Source: Camelus dromedarius | Taxonomy: Eukaryota | Assembly (NCBI RefSeq): GCF_036321535.1 | Contig: NC_087436.1 | Location: 80,974,001 to 81,038,000 of the forward strand | DNA length: 64,000 bases | Direction of reading: 5' to 3' | In this document: positions 63,670-64,000 of the stretch, piece after piece | Layout: each line of letters starts with the position of its first letter | Numbering within the stretch: the stretch's first letter is position 1 | Notes under the pieces: generated by a model | Database searches by the model: none | What the model saw: only the letters and a program-made list of their open reading frames with translations | Told to the model about the DNA's origin: nothing | Translations under genes and position numbers: made by a program

Positions 63670-64000
63670 TTATTAATTTATTTTAATTGAAGTATAGTCA
63701 GTTTACTATGCATCAATTATATCTGGTGTACTGCATAATGTTTCAGTCATACGTACATATACATACATTTGTTTGCATATTCTTTTTCATTATAGGTTAC
63801 TATAAGATACTGAATATAGTTCCCTGTGCTGTACAGAAGAAACGTGTTCTTAATCTCTTTTATATATACTGGTTAATATTCGTAAACCTAGAACTCCCAG
63901 TTTATCTCTTTCCACCCACTTCCCCCCTCAATAACCATAAGATTGTTTACTATGTCTGTCAGTCTGTTTCTGTTTTGTAGATGAGTTCATTAGTGTCTTC
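63670..64000 (-). mobile_element. Older artiodactyl-type L1 3' UTR, continuing past the window end
   Basis: TTAATTGAAGTATAGT...CATTATAGGTTACTATAAGATACTGAATATAGTTCCCTGTGCTGTACAG...TAACCATAAG...CTGTTTCTGTTTTGTA. Confidence 0.88.

Overview
Mammalian genomic DNA, most likely a camelid. The basis is a tRNA-Ala-derived SINE resembling the camelid Vic-1 family at 29135-29315 and young LINE-1 3' UTRs of artiodactyl type. The window opens in a CpG island (about 100-720) that holds a probable non-coding first exon with + strand splice donors at 350/351 and 459/460. About 63 kb of AT-rich, repeat-rich sequence follows and looks like a long 5' intron region. A second CpG-enriched, promoter-like block with its own donors lies at about 13.4-14.5 kb. 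I could not identify the host gene and found no convincing cellular protein-coding exon; the only recognisable protein sequence is decayed LINE-1 ORF2. Repeats include L1s of several ages, MIR and L2, hAT MITEs (MER20, MER33/Charlie5-like, MER91), and MaLR/ERV LTRs (MLT1C, MLT1D, LTR33, MER67). The best second-look items are a twin-primed inverted L1 carrying a TSD-flanked insert of unknown origin, a probable 3'-UTR retrocopy, a perfect palindromic oestrogen response element, a candidate 12-nt microexon and a candidate 69-nt cassette exon. I see no evidence for a new biological system. Repeat family names come from remembered consensus sequences, and boundaries are approximate unless a TSD is quoted.
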